From Myxococcota bacterium (GTDB lineage Bacteria; Myxococcota_A; UBA796; GCA-2862545), in assembly GCA_039208735.1 (NCBI GenBank), contig JBCCQY010000003.1, forward strand, positions 79,490-143,489: a stretch of 64,000 nucleotides of DNA. Reading direction: 5' to 3'. This document shows positions 41,390 to 49,018 of this stretch, piece after piece. The stretch's first letter is position 1; every line of letters starts with the position of its first letter. The position numbers and the translations under genes are program-made. The notes beneath the pieces were generated by a model. That model saw only the letters and a list, made by a program, of their open reading frames with translations, did no database searches and was not told the origin of the DNA.

Positions 41390-42451
41390 ATGAAGGTCGA
41401 TGTCGCGATCGTTGGTGGGGGGCTTTCCGGCTTGGGTGTGGCGATGGGCCTCCACGAGCGCGGAGGCGACCTGCTGGTCCTTGAGGCCCGCCCCCGACTC
41501 GGCGGTCGCATGCTTGCCATCGAAGGGCCCCGCGGAGGGCGGTTCGATTTGGGGCCGGCCTGGCTCTGGCCTCACCAAACCCGACTTCGAGCCTTGGCGA
41601 ACCGGTTTGGCATCGCGACCTTCGATCAGCATGTGCACGGGACCACGGTGTTTGAGAATCCGCAGGGAGTGGTGCGACGGGACCTGACGTTGGCCCCGAT
41701 GGCCGGTTCGTGGCGCCTCGACGGCGGCTATGGTCGCCTTATTGACGCCGTGGCATCGACCCTTGATCCCGCAAGGATCTGGATCGATGCGTTGGTCGAG
41801 CGGGTCCGACAACATGGCGACCGCGTTGCCCTCGACCTGGCAGATGGGCGTTCGGTCAACGCTCGCCGCGTGGTCTTCGCGTTACCGCCTCGCCTCGTGG
41901 CAGCGCTCCCATTCGAACCGTCGCTGTCCCCAGAGTTCAAGACGGCCTTGTCAGGGGTTGCCACCTGGATGGCTGCCTCGGCCAAGGCCATGGCCTTCTA
42001 TGAAACGCCGTTTTGGCGCACAAAAGGTCTGTCTGGAGAAGCGATTTCCCATCGAGGACCGCTTGTCGAGATCCACGACGCCTCCACGCACGACGGAGTG
42101 GGGGCGGCTCTTTTCGGCTTCTTGGGCATTCCTCCCGCCGCTCGGCGAACCCATGCGGCCGACCTTCCAGCTGCGGTGCTCGCCCAGCTGTCGTCGTTGT
42201 TTGGTCCCGAGGCCGCCCAGGCGCTCGACGTGGTGGTGATGGACTGGGCGACGGAGCCACTGACGTCGACACCGCGCGACGTGTCCGAGGCGAGCCGTCC
42301 CGGGCACCCCACCGTGGGGGTCTTGCCTTCCCCAGGGTCGAACTGGGACGACCGAATTGGGCTGGCGGGAGCTGAATGTGGCGCCGACGAACCTGGCTAT
42401 GCAGAAGGAGCGTTGCAGGCTGCCGAAGTGGCGCTCGAACGGCTTAACTAA
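41390..42451 (+). CDS. Flavin monoamine oxidase-family protein
   Basis: IVGGGLSGL, EARPRLGGR, DLGPAWLWP, GYAEGALQAA. Confidence 0.92.
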   Translation: MKVDVAIVGGGLSGLGVAMGLHERGGDLLVLEARPRLGGRMLAIEGPRGGRFDLGPAWLWPHQTRLRALANRFGIATFDQHVHGTTVFENPQGVVRRDLTLAPMAGSWRLDGGYGRLIDAVASTLDPARIWIDALVERVRQHGDRVALDLADGRSVNARRVVFALPPRLVAALPFEPSLSPEFKTALSGVATWMAASAKAMAFYETPFWRTKGLSGEAISHRGPLVEIHDASTHDGVGAALFGFLGIPPAARRTHAADLPAAVLAQLSSLFGPEAAQALDVVVMDWATEPLTSTPRDVSEASRPGHPTVGVLPSPGSNWDDRIGLAGAECGADEPGYAEGALQAAEVALERLN

Positions 42452-42590
42452 GGCTGGACCCTGCATTCAGCAGCGAGAGATCAGTCGGACGCGTCTTGCG
42501 CCCCCGCGAGCCGCACCGGGCAACTTGAGAAAACTGGCTGGGATGTGTCGAAACACGAAGCCGTCGGACGTCTTGTCGATGGAGGTGCTT

Positions 42591-43301
42591 ATGAAGCCCA
42601 ACGATGTGGTGTCGCGAGCCGAGTGGCTCGAGGCTCGCAAGAAGTTGCTCGATGCAGAGAAGGCGCTCACTCGGGTTCGCGATGAGGTCTCGGCCCAACG
42701 GCGGGCGTTGCCCTGGGTGCCCGTGACCGAGGCGTATGCGTTTGAAGGACCGTCAGGACCCGCGGTCCTGGCCGATCTGTTCGGCGAATACAGCCAACTT
42801 GTGATCTACCACTTTATGTTCGGTCCGGCGTGGGACCAAGGCTGCCCCAGCTGTTCGTTCTGGGCCGATGGCATCGAACGGCACGTCGTGCATCTTGCGG
42901 CTCGTGACGTTGCCGTGGCGCTGGTGTCCCGCGCGCCCCGGGACAAGCTCACCGCCTACGCGGCTCGGATGGGTTGGACGACCCCGTGGTACTCGTCATC
43001 CAAGTGTCGCTTCAATCAGGACTTTGGGGTGTCCTTCGACGAAGGAGATGACCGTGCCTACAACTTCGGAACGAGCACGTTCGGGGGTGATGAGGCACCT
43101 GGCGTGAGCATCTTCGCGAAGGATGGAGAAGGCCGGGTGTTCCACACGTACTCCACGTACGCCCGAGGCCTCGACATGCTCAACACGGCCTACCACTTCC
43201 TGGACCTGGTCCCAAAGGGCAGAGATGAGCAGGATCTTCCCTGGTCCATGGCATGGCTGCGCCGGCGCGACCAGTACGACTCAGTCCCCGAAGCGTCGTA
43301 G
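42591..43301 (+). CDS. DUF899 thioredoxin-like protein
   Basis: RRALPWV, YHFMFGP..GCPSCSFWAD, FHTYSTYARG, LDLVPKGRDE. Confidence 0.93.
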   Translation: MKPNDVVSRAEWLEARKKLLDAEKALTRVRDEVSAQRRALPWVPVTEAYAFEGPSGPAVLADLFGEYSQLVIYHFMFGPAWDQGCPSCSFWADGIERHVVHLAARDVAVALVSRAPRDKLTAYAARMGWTTPWYSSSKCRFNQDFGVSFDEGDDRAYNFGTSTFGGDEAPGVSIFAKDGEGRVFHTYSTYARGLDMLNTAYHFLDLVPKGRDEQDLPWSMAWLRRRDQYDSVPEAS

Positions 43302-43340
43302 GTCGTCCAGCCTTTTGCGTAAGGGTTTCTCCGCCTGCAA

Positions 43341-43610
43341 AGCGCGCCAAGGAATCACATCTCCGCTCGTCGCATGAAACGAAATCGGGCGGCCTTGCGC
43401 GCGCTCCCATTCCGCACGCAACAAACTAATTTCCTTTGGCGTAGCGCCGAAGGTTGATTCAGACCGGCCTTCGGCGTTGCGCCTCGGGTTCGCACGATTT
43501 CCAAAGTATTTGTAGCGCAGCATCCGCTACTTCGCGGATCGACCCCTCCCCAACGACGTTTACTTTGTGGACCAACGACCCGAGAGGGCGACCCGATTCG
43601 CTCCAGGGTC
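43341..43610. other. Densely structured intergenic region (candidate ncRNA or repeat element)
   Basis: Several stems, including a 19-bp hairpin at 43438-43483 with only G-U irregularities on the + strand. Confidence 0.35.
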
Positions 43611-43634
43611 TTCGGTTCGTCAATGCAAGCTGCA

Positions 43635-44903
43635 TCAGCGTTCCACCAGTTCAGGCAGGCTGCGACGACGGCCAGCGATCAGCACCACCAGGCCTACGAA
43701 CGCCGAGACGACGCCAAGGCTTGCCACCGACACGACCTCGAGCCATGCGGTGGCTCGGAGCCACGCGGGGCTTCCGAAGGCGGCCGCGCGAAGTCCGGAG
43801 GCCACCTCGGCGAGGCCTACCACCACGAGCAGCCCGGCAAAACAGGTGGACAACCCACCGAGTGCGGTGACTCCGAAACAGTGGACCGTTGACATGACGG
43901 TGAGGTTGAAGAGGCCCGAGAACAACTGGAGCAGCCCCAGTCGTCGCGTGACGGCAGGATCGAGCACCAAATCGGCTTCGGGCCACGCCCGTGGACCTAC
44001 GGTCAGGGAGTCTCTGGCTTGGTCGAGATCATCGGCATCGATGGTTCCCGAGCCAGCCCAGCCGTCGACCCGGGCTCGCGCGGTGTCGGAGGCCATGGGG
44101 CGCAGCGCGTCGGCGAATGCCTCGGCGGAGGGATAGCGGTCGGCGGGCACCCGCTGGAGTGCCCGATGGATCACCGAGTGCAGCGGACCGTCTGGCATGG
44201 GCAACTCCCGACGGTGCCCCTGGACGATATTGCGTTGGGTTTCAAAGTCGGTTTCGCCGCTGAACGGCCGATACCCGGCCACCATTTCAAACAGGACGGA
44301 GCCGAGACTGAACACATCGGATCGCGCATCGACTTCGCCTGGATGCTCAACTTGTTCAGGGCTCATGTAGGGAATGGTGCCGAGCGTATGGGCGGCGCGC
44401 GTCACGAAGGAATCCGCGACCTTCGCAATGCCGAAATCCAGGATCTTCACGTAGGGAGGATGCCCCGGCTCGGCATCCACGAGAAATAGGTTGGCCGGCT
44501 TTAGATCACGATGGAACACTCGTGAACGGTGCGCGTGGGCCACGCCCGAAAGCACCTGGAGCAGAATGTCAGCGGCTGCGGTGGGCTCGAGCGGTCCTTG
44601 GGCGATGATCTGGGAAAGGTCGTGGCCTTCGAGGTGGTCCATGACCAGCGCGGCCACCCCTTGATCATAGAGGACGTCGGTCACATGCACCAACGCAGGG
44701 TGGCGGAGTCGTGCAAGGACCTGGCCCTCTTTCACGAATCGATCGCGGGCCAATGGATCCTGCTCATGCCCCGCGTGAAGCACCTTGAGCGCGTGCATGG
44801 TCTTGAGGACGCGATGACGAGCCCGGTATACGCTCGATGTGCCGCCTTTGCCCACCAGTGCTTCGATCGTGTAGGAACCGATCTCGGACCCTTCTTTGAG
44901 CAC
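43635..44903 (-). CDS. Hanks-type Ser/Thr protein kinase with C-terminal TM helices
   Basis: GKGGTSSVY, ALK, HRDLKPANLF, DFGIAK, YMSPEQ, DVFSLG. Confidence 0.96.
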   Translation of the reverse strand: MLKEGSEIGSYTIEALVGKGGTSSVYRARHRVLKTMHALKVLHAGHEQDPLARDRFVKEGQVLARLRHPALVHVTDVLYDQGVAALVMDHLEGHDLSQIIAQGPLEPTAAADILLQVLSGVAHAHRSRVFHRDLKPANLFLVDAEPGHPPYVKILDFGIAKVADSFVTRAAHTLGTIPYMSPEQVEHPGEVDARSDVFSLGSVLFEMVAGYRPFSGETDFETQRNIVQGHRRELPMPDGPLHSVIHRALQRVPADRYPSAEAFADALRPMASDTARARVDGWAGSGTIDADDLDQARDSLTVGPRAWPEADLVLDPAVTRRLGLLQLFSGLFNLTVMSTVHCFGVTALGGLSTCFAGLLVVVGLAEVASGLRAAAFGSPAWLRATAWLEVVSVASLGVVSAFVGLVVLIAGRRRSLPELVER

Positions 44904-44936
44904 GTGTCCTCCCCAGATGGGCTCGGGCGACATCGT

Positions 44937-45512
44937 CTAACGCGACTCGGGGCGCTCGGAGACGAGCTGCTCGAGCTGCGAACGGCGGGTCGCCGCGGCA
45001 TCCGGTGAGGGGGCCCCTTCATCCACACGTCGCCACACGGTGTGCAGCCGTTCGTAGAGGGCCTGGGTGGTATCTAGCGAAAACCCTGTGAGAAGGTGTT
45101 TCTTGCCGCTGTGCAAGCGGATCAGGACCGCGAGGTGGCGGTTCTCGACGCTCGACACTTCATCCCAGGCGATTCGCTGCGAGCGAAGGCCTGGGGCCTG
45201 CAACAGTTGGGCTTGGGTGGGGGGAGTATCCAGCTCGTCGAGCCAGTCGACGCGAATGCCGCTTGGGTCGAGGCGGATACGACGATAGCGCCTCATCGCG
45301 TTGACATGGGGCGACCGCAGAGGGTCGACCGACATCATGAAGTAGATGGCCGCAACGAACAGAAACCCGAACGGTCCCAGTACGCAAGCCGCGAGGGCGA
45401 GAACGGCGAGGCCCGGCACGAACCGTGCCTGCACCCCAAACCCAGGTGTACGGACCTGGGCGAGCACTGCCCACACTTCCTGTTCGCCGTCGCTCGTATG
45501 GTGCTCTTCCAC
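44937..45512 (-). CDS. Hypothetical membrane protein (possible bacterial PH domain)
   Basis: Two TM helices, then IAWDEVSSVE..LIRLHSGK; GAGGGG RBS. Confidence 0.6.
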   Translation of the reverse strand: MEEHHTSDGEQEVWAVLAQVRTPGFGVQARFVPGLAVLALAACVLGPFGFLFVAAIYFMMSVDPLRSPHVNAMRRYRRIRLDPSGIRVDWLDELDTPPTQAQLLQAPGLRSQRIAWDEVSSVENRHLAVLIRLHSGKKHLLTGFSLDTTQALYERLHTVWRRVDEGAPSPDAAATRRSQLEQLVSERPESR

Positions 45513-45529
45513 GACCCCTCGTTTTCGAT

Positions 45530-46384
45530 CTACCCCGCATGCGTCGCCATCTCGACAAGCCAATCCGTCACTGCGCGGACACGGGGCACTTGCACGAGGT
45601 CGGGGTGCGTAACGAGCCAGACCGGGTCGTCGTAGACCGGAGCGGCGGCATTGAGCGGCACCAGCTCGGGGTAGGGCTCCGCCAAGATGTCAGGCAGCAG
45701 CGCCATCCCCAGCCCAGCGACACAGGCCTGCACGATCGCCGACAGCTCGGTCGATCGCATGACCGGCATGATGCGGGGGGCTTCCTCGACCCAAGGGTGT
45801 CGGGCTAGCAACAGCAGGGCCTCTTTGCCTTCGAGGTCGGTGAGTTCTTCGTTGAGCCCCCGCCCCTCCAACCAGGACCGCGCGGCGTACAGACGAGACT
45901 GCACGGTCAACAGGCGCCGGGCGATCAGGGTGGGGTCCGTGGGACGACCGATGCGCAACGCCAGATCGGCTTCCCCCCGGCTGATGTCGACGTTGTGCGG
46001 TGTACACCAGAGATCGACCCGCAGTTCAGGGTACTGCGCGCGCAAGTCGGGCAGCCTTGGGGCGATCATCTGGCTTGCCACCGTCTCGATGGTGGAGATT
46101 CGAACCCGTCCTACCGGGCGGTCGCTCTCGCCCCCAGCAAGTCGGATGACGTCGGTGGCTGCACCTTCCGCTCGCTCCGCCGCGGGCACCATTCGCCGCC
46201 CCGCGGGCGTGGCGACCCACCCTCGCGACCCTCGCACGAACAACTTGGTCCTTAGGCCTTCTTCCAAGGCGGCGATGCGACGGCCCACCGTGGTCGGATC
46301 AACCCGCAAGGACCGGCCTGCGGCCACGAGGGTGCCTTCGCGATGCACTGCGAGGAAGTACCTGAGGTCCGACCAGTCGTACAT
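45530..46384 (-). CDS. LysR-family transcriptional regulator
   Basis: MYDWSDLRYFLAV..TVGRRIAALEE..LFVR HTH; substrate-binding domain. Confidence 0.95.
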   Translation of the reverse strand: MYDWSDLRYFLAVHREGTLVAAGRSLRVDPTTVGRRIAALEEGLRTKLFVRGSRGWVATPAGRRMVPAAERAEGAATDVIRLAGGESDRPVGRVRISTIETVASQMIAPRLPDLRAQYPELRVDLWCTPHNVDISRGEADLALRIGRPTDPTLIARRLLTVQSRLYAARSWLEGRGLNEELTDLEGKEALLLLARHPWVEEAPRIMPVMRSTELSAIVQACVAGLGMALLPDILAEPYPELVPLNAAAPVYDDPVWLVTHPDLVQVPRVRAVTDWLVEMATHAG

Positions 46385-46495
46385 GTCTGCAGTGTAGCGG
46401 TTCTGTGTCCTGCACATCTGCAGTGGAAGGCTGCGAATCTGGCCCTGGTAGTGGCCCAAAAAGCAGGTGATTCCAGGAACAACCGAGGAGGTCTT

Positions 46496-46702
46496 GTGAC
46501 TTGGTTCGCCATGGATGATCTGTTCGAGAACGCCACCCTCGATTTCGAGGTCACGCCCGAAGAGGTGCTCGCTGACTTGCTCTACCACGGCGAAGGGCGG
46601 AGACCCCTCGACGAACTGGAAGATTCGCTCGAGGCACCGGTCGTCGACGTAGAGCGCCTCCCCAAGTCGAATGGGCGCGAGTGGTGGACCCGCTTCTTCT
46701 AA
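46496..46702 (+). CDS. Small acidic hypothetical protein
   Basis: GAGGAGG RBS before GTG; 68 aa; divergent from LysR. Confidence 0.55.
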   Translation: MTWFAMDDLFENATLDFEVTPEEVLADLLYHGEGRRPLDELEDSLEAPVVDVERLPKSNGREWWTRFF

Positions 46703-46715
46703 GCACGTGGAGCGG

Positions 46716-46745
46716 GGCCCCGAGGTTGTACCCGACCCCGGGGCC
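46716..46745. terminator. GC-rich hairpin, probable 3' boundary of the minus-strand RNA and/or terminator of the convergent gene
   Basis: GGCCCCG..GGTTG-TACC-CGACC..CGGGGCC inverted repeat; no clear U tract. Confidence 0.45.
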
Positions 46746-46800
46746 AAGGCTCCGCGATTTCAGTGACCCACGACGTTGAATCGCCCGCATCAGGTTCAGT

Positions 46801-46876
46801 GGCCGACGTCTTACTGCTAGACCATGGCTCCATAGTTTTGGGGGAGCCAGGAAGAATTGCACCTCCGTCTTCGGCC
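46801..46876 (-). other. Permuted tRNA-like module 2
   Basis: Minus strand: GGCCGA-AGAC-GGAGG UGCAAUU CUUCC-UGGCUCC-CCCAAAACUAU-GGAGCCA-UG-GUCU AGCAGUA AGAC-G-UCGGCC. Confidence 0.78.
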
Positions 46877-46948
46877 GGAGGAGCGGGAGAACTCGAGAGG
46901 GTCACCACGGAAAATGCATCAGTCTCGGAGGATTCGGTTTAGGTGTCG

Positions 46949-47042
46949 TCGTCGACCACGGCTTTACCGCTGCGTCTGCCAAGTTCCGCCAACCCTGCCC
47001 AAGAGATTGCAGGGTGTAGGATTCGAACCTACACGTCGACGA
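46949..47042 (-). other. Permuted tRNA-Leu-like module 1
   Basis: Minus strand: UCGUCGAC-GU-GUAGG UUCGAAU CCUAC-ACCCUGC-(10-nt loop)-GCAGGGU-UG-GCG GAACUUGGCAGA CGC-A-GCGGU AAA GCCGU-G-GUCGACGA. Confidence 0.8.
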
Positions 47043-47409
47043 ATTCAGTCTGAAATCCTGAGCTTCAGCTTGCCTCCTGGACCCCAAGGGGTCCGAATCT
47101 GGCTTAACCGGTCAGGTGTTGAGTTCCGCCCGCATGGCCGCCACCCGCGATGCCCAAGTGGCTCGTTCGGCGTGGCAATGGCGTACGGTCTGCTCGAGAT
47201 CAGCGCCTTCGAGCTGAAGAAGAGTCGAGGCGAAGTTCGCCTTGCGACGAAAGAACCCATCGAGCCCCTGACGGATCCATCCCAGTTTGCTCCATCGGAA
47301 AGGAGTAACCTTGAGTATTGATGAAATCGTGGCGATGGTGCACCTCGATAGTTACATTAGGTTTAGTAGAGAAAGGCCTGATTGAACCATAAAAATTGGG
47401 CAATCTGCT

Positions 47410-48222
47410 TTACCTACTACGACCTTGGGGCCCTTGCAAGGTGCGCCGAACGAACGACACAATCGCATCTCGTGTGATGTTGGGCCGCTCTCGGGGTGGA
47501 CTGTGGCCACAATGGGCCAGCCTCAATTGGTCTACCGGGCCCGATGCGTGCTTCACGATTGCGTCGCACTGCGCCATGGTGCCAAACGCATCGTCGTACC
47601 CCTGAATCAGCAACGTCGGCACGTCCAGACGAGCCACCTCTTCGGTCATCGTCCAGCTGCGGAACGAAGGCGAGAGCCAAACCGTGGACCAGGCGTCGAA
47701 CGTGCGATCGATGTTGCGATGGTACCGCGCGAGGCGTTCTCGGAACTTGGAGTCAGGAAAGCTCTCGCGAAGGGCCGCGATGGCGGTGATGCAGATGTCT
47801 TCCACAAAGACGTGCGGCGCGATGGCCACCACCCCTTCCACGTTGGGTTGTTGCGGGTCGCTCGCATAAAGCAGGGCGATCGATGCGCCATCGCTATGCC
47901 CGATCAGAATGCGGGGCCGTTTTCGAAGGGCCGGGTGGGTGTCAAAAAGCACCGACAGCAGAGCGGGAAGCTCCTCTTCGGCCGCTTCGTTGAGGAATCT
48001 CGCGGTTCGGGGCCCGGGCAGTTCGTCTGACGTGCCGTAGCCCTGTCGGCTGTAGATCAGCGCAGGGGATTCGCAGTCGTTGGCGATCTGGGTGGGCCAG
48101 TCTCGCCAGTGGAGGACGGAACCGAGCCCTTGGTGCAGGAAGAGCAGGAGGGGCCCGGGAGCATCGGGGTGGACGATCGCAACCTCAAGGTCGACGCCCG
48201 CCACCGACCACCGTTGCGTCAT
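47410..48222 (-). CDS. Alpha/beta hydrolase
   Basis: FLHQGLGSV..WRDWP, YSRQGYG, GHSDGASIAL, CGHSP; ATGA-coupled to the upstream gene. Confidence 0.93.
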   Translation of the reverse strand: MTQRWSVAGVDLEVAIVHPDAPGPLLLFLHQGLGSVLHWRDWPTQIANDCESPALIYSRQGYGTSDELPGPRTARFLNEAAEEELPALLSVLFDTHPALRKRPRILIGHSDGASIALLYASDPQQPNVEGVVAIAPHVFVEDICITAIAALRESFPDSKFRERLARYHRNIDRTFDAWSTVWLSPSFRSWTMTEEVARLDVPTLLIQGYDDAFGTMAQCDAIVKHASGPVDQLRLAHCGHSPPRERPNITRDAIVSFVRRTLQGPQGRSR

Positions 48223-48977
48223 CCCTCGAACAACCAGCGAAAGACCTTGGCCCCCATCTCTTGTCGCTTGACTTCGAGATCGTTGGCCCGAGAGCGGGCG
48301 CGTTTGACCGCATTTCGCAGCGCTTCCAGCCGTTCGAGCAGGGCTTCCTTGCGCGGCGTGGGCAGGGCCCCGGACAAGTGGGTGGTGTGCCAGTGCCCAA
48401 TGATGACGTCTTCGGTGATCAGTTGGGTCTGGGCGGGAATCGCGTGATCGTCCTTCACCACCGCATCGTAGAGCACGATGGGGCGCTGGACCTTTTTGGT
48501 CTTGTGCGTGACGGCGGTATCGGACCGATGCAGGCGCGAGTTGGGGTCGGCATGCCAGGTCTTCGCTTCGTCGAGCGTGGGCATGGCATCGACAAAGGTG
48601 CGCAGGTCGGTCAGCTCCTTCTCCAGGAAGATGAGGAGCGTGACCGGCACGTCGGTCAGGATGGTTTCACCCTCGACGATCACATCGCCTCGTGCCTCCA
48701 GGTTGCCGTGCTCCTGGGTGGCTTCGATGTCGAAGAATTCCGCCCGAAGTTTGCGCACCTTCTTCAACACGTCTTCGGCGATGAGCTGGACCTTTTTGTC
48801 CTCTGGAGGAAAGGTCTCCCCATCGTCATCCTTCGGAGCGTACTCGCGGCTCATTCCCGCATAAACATCCTCTTTTGAGGATTTGCGATGGAGATCGGTC
48901 AATTCACCGTAGGTTCGCGACTTTACACCCTTGCGGATGGCCACGACCTCATGGAGCTTCAAGGTTTCATCTGCCAT
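48219..48977 (-). CDS. Conserved uncharacterised helical protein (recalled as DUF7873-like)
   Basis: KLHEVVAIRKGVKS, G.SREYAPKDDDGE..PPE, DVPVTLLIFLEKEL, W.T..LSGALP, AVKRARSRAN; matches a family I recall from actinomycetes and phages. Confidence 0.8.
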   Translation of the reverse strand: MADETLKLHEVVAIRKGVKSRTYGELTDLHRKSSKEDVYAGMSREYAPKDDDGETFPPEDKKVQLIAEDVLKKVRKLRAEFFDIEATQEHGNLEARGDVIVEGETILTDVPVTLLIFLEKELTDLRTFVDAMPTLDEAKTWHADPNSRLHRSDTAVTHKTKKVQRPIVLYDAVVKDDHAIPAQTQLITEDVIIGHWHTTHLSGALPTPRKEALLERLEALRNAVKRARSRANDLEVKRQEMGAKVFRWLFEG

Positions 48978-49018
48978 GCAGATGGCTAAGGGTTCGCTCG
49001 AACTTCGTCCAGCCGCCG

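Larger units (their letters stand above)
46716..47095 (-). ncRNA. Candidate ~380-nt structured ncRNA with two circularly permuted tRNA-like modules
   Basis: Two independent T-arm / 7-bp acceptor / D-arm modules (46949-47042 and 46801-46876), a long stalk helix (46751-46769 with 46899-46911), boundary hairpins, and no credible ORF. Confidence 0.7.

Noticed and set aside
43341..43610. 6S RNA, RNase P RNA, SRP RNA or tmRNA
   Set aside because: None of their conserved sequence motifs was recognised; left as an unassigned structure.
46385..46747. N-terminal extensions in the ORF track (LysR to 46747; 48219 gene to 49352)
   Set aside because: Domains start at 46384 and 48977, and the extensions overlap other genes.
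46949..47042. Ordinary tRNA-Leu gene or prophage att-site tRNA fragment
   Set aside because: The halves are in reverse order, the anticodon loop is only 3 nt, a second unrelated module has the same permuted order, and there is no integrase nearby.
46716..47095. Two-piece (permuted) tmRNA
   Set aside because: The modules have true D stems and no G3-U70 alanine identity pair, and no tag reading frame was recognised.
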